A stretch of 63,228 nt of DNA, filler included, from Pirum gemmata (GCA_002812295.1; 19 parts of 19 records of this genome joined end to end with filler, not necessarily neighbours in it); one strand, 5' to 3'. Positions 1-11,662 are shown, counted from the first letter of the whole stretch. The notes: generated by a model from the sequence alone, not told the origin. Made by a program: numbers and translations.

Positions 1-32
1 TATATTATAAGAAAAAATAGATATATCAATAC

Positions 33-1647
33 CCCATAAACAATAGTCATCATTATGCTATGCAGAAAAGGCATTTCCTGTTGAAAAATATTAAGAGACG
101 TTAGAATAAGACGGTGGTTTATAGTTACATACAAGAAGTAAAAGAAAATAAATGGAATAATTAATTGACAACAAAATAAACGAAAAAAAAAAAAGTTTAA
201 ATTAAAGAACAATAAAAATTAAAATTAAAGTTGAACCAATATATCAGTAGTGTAACACGGCACAACACCAAAATCAAAATATGGCTTCTCCAAAAACGCA
301 AATCCTATACTATTCATGAAAGGAAAAGTTTCCTGGATAAAATAAATAACAGTTTATTAGTTAAAAAAAATTCTTCAAAATATTAACAAGTAAATGTAAA
401 GAAGGAAACGACAAAACCAGTCAAGGTATATATTTATATACTTATATAATATAACCAGGCATAACCTATTTGAAGAATCCAAATGAAATTTAAACATGAG
501 AATTTTACCTGAAGATTCATTTCTAATCGTGCATATCCTTCAAATACAAGATCCTTAATCTCAATTGGAATTGTTATTGGACCTATGTGTATCGCAGTCA
601 CAATTCTGGCGTTTGGGTTGTTGAATATCACGCTATAAATATATATACAAAAAGAAATATTATGTTTGTTTTTCATTTTGCGCTAAAAAGATAAGAAAAC
701 AAGAAAAATAAAAATAAATTTACCCTTATCTACCCAATACCGGTTTAGAAACAAAGTTGGAAAATATATAAATTTTATCTTTTTCTTATAAAACATATTT
801 GAAGTAAAAAGAAAGAAAATGTTTACTTTACATCCAAAAGAGCTCGACTACTTCCAGTATCCTGATAACCTTTCATAAAGATAAAGTAGGGAGGTGAATC
901 ACCTAGATCAAACACAGGAAAAGTTATATCGCTAATAAATCCTGGTTTTTGAGTGGCCTAATTAAGAATAATAATAAAATAAAGTAAAAATGACGCAGCA
1001 GTCACCAGAATATAAAAAAGGGATTGTGACGATGTAACCGTAGGAGGTGAGTGATAGTCAAGGTTACCACATAATATGGGGTGAGGAATGCTTACAATGA
1101 CAGGTTTAATTCCAGCTACTATTTGTCTTCCAATTAAATGACGAAAAGTAAACCAACCCCTAGTGAACATACGATTAATCCATTCTACCCTTTCAGTCCC
1201 TCGTTCCAAAGGACTTGTGTCGTGTTTTTTTTCAACGGACCTTAAAATTTCTGAAATGAAAAAAAAAGACAACAGTTAAAGAAAATGCGCTATTATCGTC
1301 ACAAGCAATCACGAGCAACGCAGTCACCATAAAAAGTAATATACAGTACTCGCAGTGATTTTTTGTCAAATTCTTGCCCTGGCACTGACACCAATACTAA
1401 TACATACATAATAACTCTAAAATACAACAAAAAAGAAGAAGAATGAATGAAAGTAAGAAAAGAAACAATTATGTATGAAACTCTTACCAACTGTAACTTG
1501 AGGATATTTCAGAGATATCAACGCATACATAGCACCACCACACACCAATAAATAAATCCAATGCAATCTCAGGATACCTATTATAAAGGTGCAAAATATC
1601 AACCCAGCCGAACCCCCAAGAATCTTAATCTCTGAACCAAATAACAT
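33..1647 (-). CDS. SMP-domain membrane protein (extended synaptotagmin/tricalbin-like), multi-exon, 3' part outside window
   Basis: Six GT-AG exons splice in frame (1647-1488, 1250-1096, 957-827, 632-509, 332-237, 77-33). They give an N-terminal hydrophobic anchor and SMP-type motifs: ERVEWINRMF, PGFISDITFPVFDLGDSPP, IEIKDLVFEGYAR, FPFMNSIGFAFLEKPYFDF. Confidence 0.8.
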
Positions 1648-3032
1648 TTTACCTATTTGTAAAGTGTAAGGTGATAATAATATGGGTAATTACACGAAAA
1701 TAGTAACAACAACAACAAAATCGTTTTTTTTTGAAAAAAAAATTAAAAAAATATAATAGCAAAATAAAACAAATATTTTCAAAACAAATATAACATGATA
1801 ATACTATGATAATATGATAATATTATTATAATTTTTTTTTTTTTTTTTTTGATTATAAATATCAATTTATGATACAAATATATTATAATATCGATATTAT
1901 GATTATAAATTTAATATTCATGACCCCAATAGTACCCCAATCACCCATCTGGCTACAAGATCTATCTTATTTCCCAAATCTTTTTGAGAATTCAGATTCT
2001 TTTTTTTTTTTTTTTTGCTTTTGACTTGTAGCTAGCTAGAGAGTCAGTGGAGACTACCCAACTATCATTGATAGCTAGCTAGCTTCTAGCTTAGTGGGCA
2101 GGACTAGCTAGACTAGCTAGCTAGCTATCATAGCTAGATAGCTACTAGAGTGCTACTAGCTAGCATAGTCTAGCTAGCTAGTACTATCCGATATTTTAGA
2201 CTGTCTAGTCTACCTACTAGTAGCTAGCTAGCAGTGTCGATAGACTAACTATAGTCTACCAGCTGTTCCACAAATTTTGTTGCTTTTTCGAATATTGTTG
2301 CGCGTAATTCTGCCCCCTTAAATAGACTATTTATATTAAAAATATGGTTTAGAATGGATGGCAGTTTATAATAAAAATGGAACAAAAAACTCGAAAAATT
2401 AAATTCCTAAATAAAGTAAAAGTGTTATGTTTAAAAGTAAAAAGTAACAAAAAATTACTATAAATGGTAAGATTATTACTTTAAATGGAAATTTAGTTAT
2501 TTTCAAGTTTTTGTTCCATTGTTATGAATTTTAAATTTTATTTATTATATGATAAACTAGACTATCTAGTCTATAGTAGCTCTAGCTAGTATAGACTATG
2601 AAGGTAAAAGTAAGGTAAAGTAGGATATTGGCATGCTAAAATAGCATTTCTGACCAAAGTTGTCCAAACCTGCCTGGGCGCGTGGGTCACCCAGGGTCAC
2701 CCAGAGACCCGCGGGCGAGTATTGAGCCCGGGCGAGGGACATGGGCCTTTTTTGCTGGACCTCCAAGCTCGCCCATAAGATTTTTTAGAGGGGTAGTCTA
2801 AAAGTTTACAGCTAGCTAGCTATGATAGTTAGGACGAGTAGCTACTAACTAGCTAGCTAGCTAGTTAGTAGATATATTTTTAGGTAAAATCAAGGACTTC
2901 AAAAAAAAAGTTCTTGATGAGATAATATTTTATAATACAATAATTTTTTTTTGAACTTAGTCAAGGAAGGACTTAGTCTACGATTTTTTTTTCCAAGCCA
3001 GCTAGGCCAGCTACTTTGATTTTTTTCCCAGT

Positions 3033-3132
3033 NNNNNNNNNNNNNNNNNNNNNNNNNNNNNNNNNNNNNNNNNNNNTTAATTAATTAANNNNNNNNNNNN
3101 NNNNNNNNNNNNNNNNNNNNNNNNNNNNNNNN
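3033..3132. other. Artificial scaffold linker N44-TTAATTAATTAA-N44 (first of 18)
   Basis: Identical 100-nt six-frame-stop spacer, also starting at 6132, 9233, 12332, 15463, 19163, 22258, 25371, 28479, 31578, 34692, 37821, 40950, 44079, 49309, 52403, 55528 and 60119. Confidence 0.98.
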
Positions 3133-3333
3133 AGGGTTAGGGTTAGGGTTAGGGTTAGGGTTAGGGAGCTTACTAATTGATGAAGGTTGGGGAATTGATG
3201 AATAAATGTAAAAAAACTGCCCACCCAAATAGGCTAAAATATTTCTTAATGTAGTAATATAATTATGAATTACTTTTATTACAGTTTTGTCATTACCAAA
3301 AAGAGATTTTCAAAAAAAAAAAAAAAAACAGTT

Positions 3334-3695
3334 AAAAATTGCATGTTATAAATTTTGTTTTTTAAATTTTTATACTTTAAAAAATAAATCAACTACTGAT
3401 CGATAGTGGGAAAACAAACCTGTTACTCTTTGATTTTCATCGTCCCGATGTGGGTAGCAAAGGCAATAAACAACGGGGGGGGGAGTGGTACTGGTCCCAT
3501 TACTATCACTTGCTCTAAACCTTTGCCATCTTCTCCCACTCAACCCTCGTTAGAATCAGTGGTGCAGCAAATGAACTCCTTCAACCAGGCTTTATTTAAG
3601 GGGTCGAGGTAGTGTCGAGGTGCAGTGGCTGGAGGTTGGGAATTTTTATCGTTTCAATGTGGGCAAAGGCGATAAACAATGGAAGAAAATGGTAC
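3334..3695 (-). pseudogene. Degenerate, rearranged duplicate fragments of the 3' end of the adjacent LRR gene
   Basis: 3334-3407 matches 3770-3850; 3408-3478 matches 4068-4138; 3508-3560 matches 3927-3981; 3614-3690 matches 4045-4146 with deletions. Confidence 0.8.
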
Positions 3696-3831
3696 TAATC
3701 ACTTTAAAAAAATGATAATTTTATTTATTGAATTTAATTTTAAACTTCTTAATTAACCAATCTTTTAAAAAAATTGCATGTTATATTAATATTTATTTAT
3801 TTTTTTTAATTTTTATACTATAAAAAATAAA

Positions 3832-4908
3832 TCAACTACTGGTTGATGCTATTGCTATTTCTGAAGGTATATTATCTTGACTATCATTTCGTTTTCTTCT
3901 ATTAGCTCGTGGTGAAAACTTCCTTACACTTGCCTTAAACCTTTGCCCTCTTCTCCCACTCAACCCCTCGTTAGAATCAGTTGAGCCAACCGAAATCATA
4001 GAAGTTGTAGACACAAACGAACTTACTGAACCCGACTGTAAAGGTCGAGGTGCAGTGACTGGAGGCTGGGAAAACAAACCTGCTATTCTTTGATTTTCAT
4101 CGTTCCAATGCGGGGAGCAAAGTCGATAAACAATAGGGAAAGTGGTTTCATCAATAGTATAATGTCTAACTCTTATCACGTAGCTTTCGAAAAAGGGGCC
4201 ACGACAAGTAGAACATATTTGTGCGCTATTAATGTATTGTTGTAATTCTTCCGGAACATAAGAATTATATTTTTCTTGAGCAATACTATGTCTAATATGA
4301 AATCTAGCCGCTAACTCTTTTAAAGAAGGTGGGTTAGCTGGTTCGACGGGTACCTTTTCGGGGTCTAGAAACGGATTGTTGGAAACAAATATTAGACTTA
4401 GCTGCCTTAGTTTTGTAATGTTAGCAGGTATGTAAGGTAATTGATTATTACTAACATCTAAATGTTGTAATGATTTTAGTTTATGAATGTCACTTGGTAG
4501 ACGTTTGATATTATTATGGGAAAGATCGAGTATTTTCAATTTTGTTAATAAACCAAACACACCATCAGGAATAAATTCTAATTCGTTTTGTGATAACGAC
4601 AGACTGATTAAGCCCGTCATTTGTGTAATACACGTAGGTATGGATTTAAATCTATTGGAGCTCAGTACAAAAATGGACCATGACATTTTGTTTAATTCTT
4701 TTGGGAGATCACTGATGTTGTTGCTTGCGAGAGAAACGAATTTTGCGTTTTTAAATTCGGTAATTTCGGGGGTAACTTCTTTGATATCTTGTTCCGCTAA
4801 ACTAATTCGATTTTCACAAATGTCTACGTCTTTTATTTTGTATTCCGTGCCATCGCTTTTAAAAGCAATGGGCTTGTCCTCGCTGGCAACACTTATGTTG
4901 TTACCCAT
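3832..4908 (-). CDS. Leucine-rich repeat protein, LRRC58-like, with C-terminal BC-box/Cys motif
   Basis: Intronless 358-aa ORF with about 7 LxxLxLxxNxL repeats, then PPSLKELAAR (BC-box-like) and SAQICSTCRGPFF...YRLCSPHW, as in LRRC58/LRRC28-type tails. MGNNIS is a possible N-myristoylation motif. Confidence 0.85.
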   Translation of the reverse strand: MGNNISVASEDKPIAFKSDGTEYKIKDVDICENRISLAEQDIKEVTPEITEFKNAKFVSLASNNISDLPKELNKMSWSIFVLSSNRFKSIPTCITQMTGLISLSLSQNELEFIPDGVFGLLTKLKILDLSHNNIKRLPSDIHKLKSLQHLDVSNNQLPYIPANITKLRQLSLIFVSNNPFLDPEKVPVEPANPPSLKELAARFHIRHSIAQEKYNSYVPEELQQYINSAQICSTCRGPFFESYVIRVRHYTIDETTFPIVYRLCSPHWNDENQRIAGLFSQPPVTAPRPLQSGSVSSFVSTTSMISVGSTDSNEGLSGRRGQRFKASVRKFSPRANRRKRNDSQDNIPSEIAIASTSS

Positions 4909-4974
4909 TATTCTTGTTTTGTTGGTTGCTTTTGTTAGTTGCTTGTTGTTTATTGTTACTTGTTTATTTCTTAG

Positions 4975-5075
4975 GTATTGGTTTTGGTTTTGGTTTTGGT
5001 TTTGGTCTTGGTTTTTTGGTTTTTTGGTTTTGGTTTTGGTTTTGGTTTTGGTTTTGGTTTTGGTTTTGGTTTTGG
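4975..5075. repeat. (TTTTGG)n microsatellite; related degenerate tract at 5480-5590
   Basis: Visible tandem hexamer. Confidence 0.9.
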
Positions 5076-6231
5076 TGATTCGTAATTATGGCTTTGATTT
5101 GTGATTTATAGTAATAATATTCTTTTGATAGTTTTCGTTTGTGTTTCGGTGATTAATATTTGTTAATTGATGGTTTTTGGTTTTTAATTTGTAATTTGAG
5201 ATTGCTGTTGGTCATGGCTGATTTGTGATTGATAGTGGTGGATTTTAATGTCATAATTAATTGTGTAACTTTACACTTTTTTCCCCTTCTTGTTTGGTAA
5301 TAAGGGATTGGTGATTGTTGGTTTTTGATTTGTAGTTCTTAATAGCATACAGTTTTTGGTTATTCGTGGTTATTTATTGATTTATTATTTTTGGTTTGTG
5401 ATTGGTGGGAGTGGTCATATTAACGTCACGGTTTATTAATTTAAACTTTTTTTACTGTTTTAGTGATTTGGGATTGATGGGTTTTGGGTTTTGGGTTTTG
5501 TGTTTTGGGTTTTGGTTTTTGGTTTTTGGTTTTTGGTTTTGGGTTTTCGATTTCGGTTTTTGGTTTTTGGTTTTTGGGGTATGGGGTTTGGAGGATCGAT
5601 TGATTTTGTTTTCATTTGGTCGTATTCTAAATGTCATCATTTAGTGTATAAATTTACACCTTTTTTTTTTGTTTATTTTTGTTTTTGTTTTGGTTGGTGA
5701 TTAGTGATTGATGTTGATGGTTTTCTAATTTATTACATAGTTTTTATTTGTGATTGATGGTGGTATAATTCTTAGTGCCATATGATTCATTGTATAAATT
5801 CATACTTTTTATATTTTTATTATTATCATTATTAATTATTTGATGGTAATGTATTCTTGTTTTATTTGATGGTTTTTAGTTTGTATTTGACAGTGACTTA
5901 TTTTTTAACTTATATAATTTATTATGTAAATTACATTATTATTATGATATTCATTTGTAACTATGAAAATAATCACAATGATGATTCTTATGCTAATGCT
6001 AATGCTTATTATTATTACTATTGTCATTATTATAATTGTTATTAATATTGTTAATAGTATTATTATTATTAATATAATGTAAATTTACACCTTTTTATGT
6101 GTAATTATTATTATTATTATTATTATTATTANNNNNNNNNNNNNNNNNNNNNNNNNNNNNNNNNNNNNNNNNNNNTTAATTAATTAANNNNNNNNNNNNN
6201 NNNNNNNNNNNNNNNNNNNNNNNNNNNNNNN

Positions 6232-6300
6232 GCTAGGGTTAGGGCTAGGGTTAGGGTTAGGGTTAGGGTTAGGGTTAGGGTTAGGGTTAGGGTTAGGGTT
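6232..6300 (+). repeat. Telomere-like (TTAGGG)n tract at scaffold edge
   Basis: About 11 units. The G-rich strand reads into the scaffold, which is the wrong polarity for a true left chromosome end. Same situation at 3133-3166. Confidence 0.9.
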
Positions 6301-6413
6301 TGTGTTATGATTATGGTTATGGTTATGGTTATGGTAGGGTAAGATCAGGATTTGTATTAACTTTTCGAATTTATATTTTGAATTTTTTAATTAATTAATA
6401 TTAATTAATTAAA

Positions 6414-7247
6414 ATGAAAAACGACAGATTTTATACAAAATATCCCGTAGTCATTAAAGATGACTACGGAACTCAAATGGTTAACACTCGATTAAGGAAA
6501 GGTGTCCCCCCACCTAGAAACAACAACGTGAATGACGTTAACCCTGCTAAATTAAAAAAAACTGTCTCTCACCCTAATTTATCATATTCTAGTGCCAATA
6601 ACAACATAGAGAAAAATACAACACATAATACATTGTTAAGAACTTCAAAAACAACCGATAACCTTTCCACTTATAATTACCCTTCGTCAAACTCACAAAA
6701 CCAAAGAAATTTAAAATCATCCCAAGCACATGGATTCTTACCTACTCATAACAACAACAACAACAAAAAATACAACACCTTAGAAACTATTCAACAACAA
6801 AATAGAATATTAGAAAACCAAAACCACCACCATCAACAACAACACCAACCCACAATGCGACAAAGGTCAAAAACAGATACGGTTGTACAAGAAAAAAACA
6901 AACCAAGCCGTTTACCAGAACATATAAGAAGAATAATTGAAGAATCCCCGGATCCTGATTTTTATTGCCCTAACTATGTTGCTAATAAAGGGAGGTCATG
7001 TAGTGAAAGTATGATTCATAAGCAAAGTTTTCACACCACTGAATATACTGAAGTGGTAAAATTGAAAACAACACGTGTTGTTAAAAAAGAAACTACGTCA
7101 CTAATTGATAATGGTGCACAGTTACATTACACTGAAGTAGATTTTAGTCCAAGATTTAATCATAGAGATTTATGTTCCGAAAATTCATTGCTAATTCTTG
7201 GTGGAGCTGATTTTGTCAAAAACAAAAGAGGTCTGTATTATAATTAA
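6414..7247 (+). CDS. Hypothetical protein, N/Q/H/T-rich, probably largely disordered
   Basis: 277-aa ATG-initiated ORF with AAAATG context and higher GC than flanks; no recognisable domain. Confidence 0.65.
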   Translation: MKNDRFYTKYPVVIKDDYGTQMVNTRLRKGVPPPRNNNVNDVNPAKLKKTVSHPNLSYSSANNNIEKNTTHNTLLRTSKTTDNLSTYNYPSSNSQNQRNLKSSQAHGFLPTHNNNNNKKYNTLETIQQQNRILENQNHHHQQQHQPTMRQRSKTDTVVQEKNKPSRLPEHIRRIIEESPDPDFYCPNYVANKGRSCSESMIHKQSFHTTEYTEVVKLKTTRVVKKETTSLIDNGAQLHYTEVDFSPRFNHRDLCSENSLLILGGADFVKNKRGLYYN

Positions 7248-8005
7248 TTAAAATTTTAATTACAATTATAATATTATATTATTATATATATGGTCAAGGG
7301 CCGAAAGACCCACATCTGGTTCCATATATATATATTAATATCAAAATCACTTTCAATTCTATTCAACAATGTAAAGTTTACAAATGATGGCACCTAGGAC
7401 AGTGTCTCGGAGTGTCTCGGGTTGAACAGAATATTTATCATAATATTAATTAAAATTAATAAAAAAACAGTGGTTTGAAAACTCGAACTTAGAAGTGGAA
7501 AAAGTTCGCGAAAATGTAATAATATTACTTTAAAAACTAATATTACAGATGAATATTAACATTAATTAATATTGTATAATGTAAAAATGTTTAAATTTAT
7601 TGGGTATTTAATATTTTTATTAATATATTTATTGTAATAATATTTACATATTATGCACGTAATATATAAAAGTAAAGCTGTTTAATAAAAACAACGTCAA
7701 AATTAAATATTAATTACTAATTATAATGATATAACTATATAATATTAATTATACTAAATTGTATATGATATAATATATAAAAGTAAAGCTGTTTTTAATA
7801 AAAACAACGTCAAAATTAAATAATATTACTTACTAATTATAATGATTAATAACACTTTAATAACTATTATCCAGCGAATCTTTTCTCTAAATTTGGTAAT
7901 CAATTCTATATTTTTGGTATTTTTCAATCAAATTTGGTGTTTTAGTTCACAAAAATAATAGTTAATATTGAAAAATATAATATACGGGTTTTTCTAAAAA
8001 ATATA

Positions 8006-8190
8006 TTGTGCTTTTCATTTATTTTGTCACTCTAAATATTTATTTGGTTGGTTATAATATTTAAATTTACGTTTTTAAATGAATAAATAAATAATAAAAT
8101 ATACCAAATTGAATTAAATGGATTTATATAATATTAATTTGGTACTCTTTATTGTATATTTTATGATGACAAAACAACTGAAAAGCACGA
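8006..8190 (+). mobile_element. MITE family A (~185 bp, TIR T(C/T)GTGCTTTTCA-TT-TTTTGTCA, TA flanks)
   Basis: Ends TA|TTGTGCTTTTCATTTATTTTGTCA ... TGACAAAACAACTGAAAAGCACGA|TA; about 14 full or partial copies in the window. Confidence 0.85.
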
Positions 8191-9738
8191 TATTATTTTT
8201 TTTAAAAAAATTTTATTGGATTTTTTTTTACAAATGTAGGGATATTTCTAAATATGTAAGATATTTTTAAATTAGGAAATCAAATATTTGAAATTGGTAA
8301 TTTTAATAAATTTGGTGTTTAAATTCGTAAAATTAGTAAAAAATATAGGGTTTTCCCTAATATATATATATTAGCCTTGAAAACTTTATAGGGATTTTTC
8401 TAAATATGTAAGGTTATTTCTAAATATGTAGAATTTCCATTATTATTAATTTAAATTTAATAAATTAATCATCAATAAATTTTTGTACCAATAGAGGTCC
8501 GTTTTTTTCTTGTTAATCTCACAACACTGCCCGTCTGGTGTATTCCCTGTGTATGTTGTTCACTCTATTCACACTAATCACGTACATCGAACTATATAAA
8601 AATATTCTATTCATATTGTCACTAATGATGTTGTTGATGGTCTGACAGTTATATATATTGAATAATATAATCAATAATTTGTGTATCAATAATTATGCTG
8701 TATAATGTATTACTGTAATTGTTGATTAATTGCATGTGTTGCAGATAAAGTATTTGGTATAGTAGATGTATTATTTGCTGTATCATTAATTATTGTATTC
8801 TTATTCAAAGCATTGTTATTAGCAGTTATAGAGATGATTCGTTAACAATAACTAACTGTTCGATACTAGAATATATTAGCGTTATAGTCAATATGGTAAA
8901 AAATATTTGCATATTCAGGTAGTTCCAGTTCCGGTTCCGGTACAGGTGCAACTACAGAAACTGATAAGAAATTGATGTTAAATTTGGGAGAGGAAGGTGC
9001 TCTAGGGTTTGCAATTTAACTGAATATGATTATGCTTTTGCCCATGCTCTGCTGAAAAAATGGTATTCTATTATTAAGGACATTGCTGACCAGTTACTGA
9101 TCACAATATTGATTTCAAACGTAATACTAATCAGTATATTGCCCATAACGCCCTTAATTTATAAGTCGAAGCTCTGAAATAAAACATCTGGTAATAAATA
9201 AATAAATAATAATAATAATACTAATACTAATANNNNNNNNNNNNNNNNNNNNNNNNNNNNNNNNNNNNNNNNNNNNTTAATTAATTAANNNNNNNNNNNN
9301 NNNNNNNNNNNNNNNNNNNNNNNNNNNNNNNNTATAGCATCGAGCTGTTTAAATTCGATTCGATTATGTTTTCCCGTATCTCCCAGCAGCATTATTAATA
9401 TGTTGGCAGCAATATGAATATACTTTTTCCTGAGGTCTTTGACTACATATTAATTAAAAATTTATTTAATTATTATAAAACCACATGCTAAACTGAAAAA
9501 TAGAAAAAACTTTTCCTTTTCACATTTGATCTTTATTTTTTATTCATAAATAACTCAATAAAAATTAAATAACTAGAGCTCTTATAATTAAATTATTATA
9601 AATATTATTTAACAAATCAATTATAATAATAATTATTATAATATTCAATAATAATATATAAAATATTAATATATTAATACATATTTTATATATCAATATT
9701 AAAATATAATATTAGACAAAAGCTAGTATACTTTAGCA

Positions 9739-10715
9739 TTACGGAAACGAGCCAGTATTTTGAATAATAATTTCTTTAATCCAATGAAATTTAGCACTAT
9801 TTAATTCACAGGCCACATGTTGTCCGTCTGCAGTACCAACTAAAGTCGATACCACGCGATACTGCATTCCAGTTGTAGTGTTTTCTTGCCTCCAAAAAGG
9901 ACTGCCAGATTGCCCTCCCCAAGTATCACAGAAATGCGTATGTACTTTATCAAACGGTAACCAGGCCACCTCCGACCCCACATTACACGTTTCTTTAGTC
10001 ATCACTCCATTGTTTTTATCTGCTGGATAACCAGCAGTAGATATCTGATCCCCTTCTCTAACACCATTCGTATCCATACCAAAATAACCTTGCGTGCTAC
10101 CTAAATTTCTATCTAAATACACTACAGCCATATCATCTTGAGCAAAGTTTTCAGAATTACTCCAACCATTAGGTAAATGAGCTTTTCTCCATCCCGCTTT
10201 AGCTTGGTATTTATTATATTGTATTTGTCCAGCGAAAAATTCAAGATCAGTAGCCCAAACATCAGTTGCTTGATCATAAATACAATGTGCTGATGTAATT
10301 ATATGATTATTACCAATTAACGAAGCACTACACCGTTTGGTTTTGTCGTTAAATTTATAAGTTAAAAACCCAGTAGCAGTATAAGGGTAAACTAAATCTG
10401 ATCTGGTCATTATATGTCTAGTATCCGCCCCAAAAATCGAATTTCTTCGTTCTTTTTGATGTTTTTGATGTCTTTGATGTTTTTGATGTTTTTGATGTTT
10501 TTGATGTTTTTGATGTCGCTGTCGTACTGGAATATAACACTCGCTTTTTTCATGATAATTTGCGCTTTCCATTTTTTCTAAGTTATGTTCTAGCTTGTTT
10601 TTATCCATAATAATAGTTTTTTTCCCAGTTCCATCTTTTTCAATAGTATACCACTCCGTTATTATACCATTTCGAATATCACCATCTTTCCTAATAGTAG
10701 TTTCGTAAGGTTTAA

Positions 10716-10750
<35 letters not shown>

Positions 10751-11017
10751 ACATTATAATCGTTTTCTTCGAATTCTGTATATCCAAAATTAACTTCAAA
10801 AGTTTCTTCTTTTTTATCACAATGAGAATAAGCATTTTTAATATTACTTATATCCGATTCTTGTTGGTAGTTATATCCAATATTTTTAATATTAGATTCT
10901 TGTTGGTAGTTATATCCCGAATATTCAATATAAGATTCTTGTTGGTAGTCATACTTATGACGGTCGGCTAAAACACCGGACAGAACAAAACAGGAAAGAA
11001 TAGTTAACTGCATTTTC

Positions 11018-11019
<2 letters not shown>
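9739..11019 (-). CDS. Secreted trypsin-like serine protease, V8/glutamyl-endopeptidase (S1B)-like
   Basis: Signal peptide; mature domain SIFGADTR...YPY; catalytic triad motifs ITSAHC, DDMAVV and CDTWGGQSGSP; AGYPADK; low-complexity pro-region; intronless. Confidence 0.9.
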
Positions 11020-11049
<30 letters not shown>

Positions 11050-11139
11050 CGATATCTAGCTACTACTATTAATTACTATTACTATATTATCAATAATATT
11101 TTAAGTACTATTACTATTTACTATTTTTACTACTACTAC

Positions 11140-11191
<52 letters not shown>

Positions 11192-11325
11192 TATGTACAT
11201 GACATTGTATTAATACTATATATATTAATAATATTATATGGAACCAGACCTGGGTCGTAATTAATAACTTTTATTGTTAGTTTCAATTTTTTCAATTTTT
11301 TTTTATCTGATAAAACATGTATCCC

Positions 11326-11363
<38 letters not shown>

Positions 11364-11662
11364 TCTCAAAATTACAAAACTTATTAATTTATTTTTATTT
11401 TTTATAATAATTTTTAAAATTTTATTTTATTTTATATAAATTATCGATGTCATCTTACATTTATCATCATATCAAGATTCATAATAATATTATAGTCTTA
11501 TTTAGTCTATTATTATTTGAATGAAATAATTAGACTATAATAATAATATTGCAATTATTTGCAAAATTTTATTATTGCAAACTTTAGAAATAATGAAGTC
11601 CTTGAAATAATTTATAGTGCTTTTCCGATACAACAAACATCAGGAACCCTAGCTACTAGCTA

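Noticed and set aside
3133..3166. TTAGGG tracts at scaffold edges as true telomeres of gene-sized chromosomes
   Set aside because: Several have the wrong polarity for chromosome ends (3133, 6232, 34691), many are internal, and other scaffolds end in ordinary microsatellites; assemblies simply break at repeats.
4487..6045. ORFs 4487-5104, 5402-5700 and 5857-6045
   Set aside because: Antisense shadow of the LRR gene and translations of (TTTTGG)n or AT-rich simple repeats.
8490..9180. Slightly GC-richer stretch with coding-like fragments on the minus strand (e.g. VVAPVPEPELELPEYANIF)
   Set aside because: Frames are broken by many stops and no family motif is recognisable; cannot be called.
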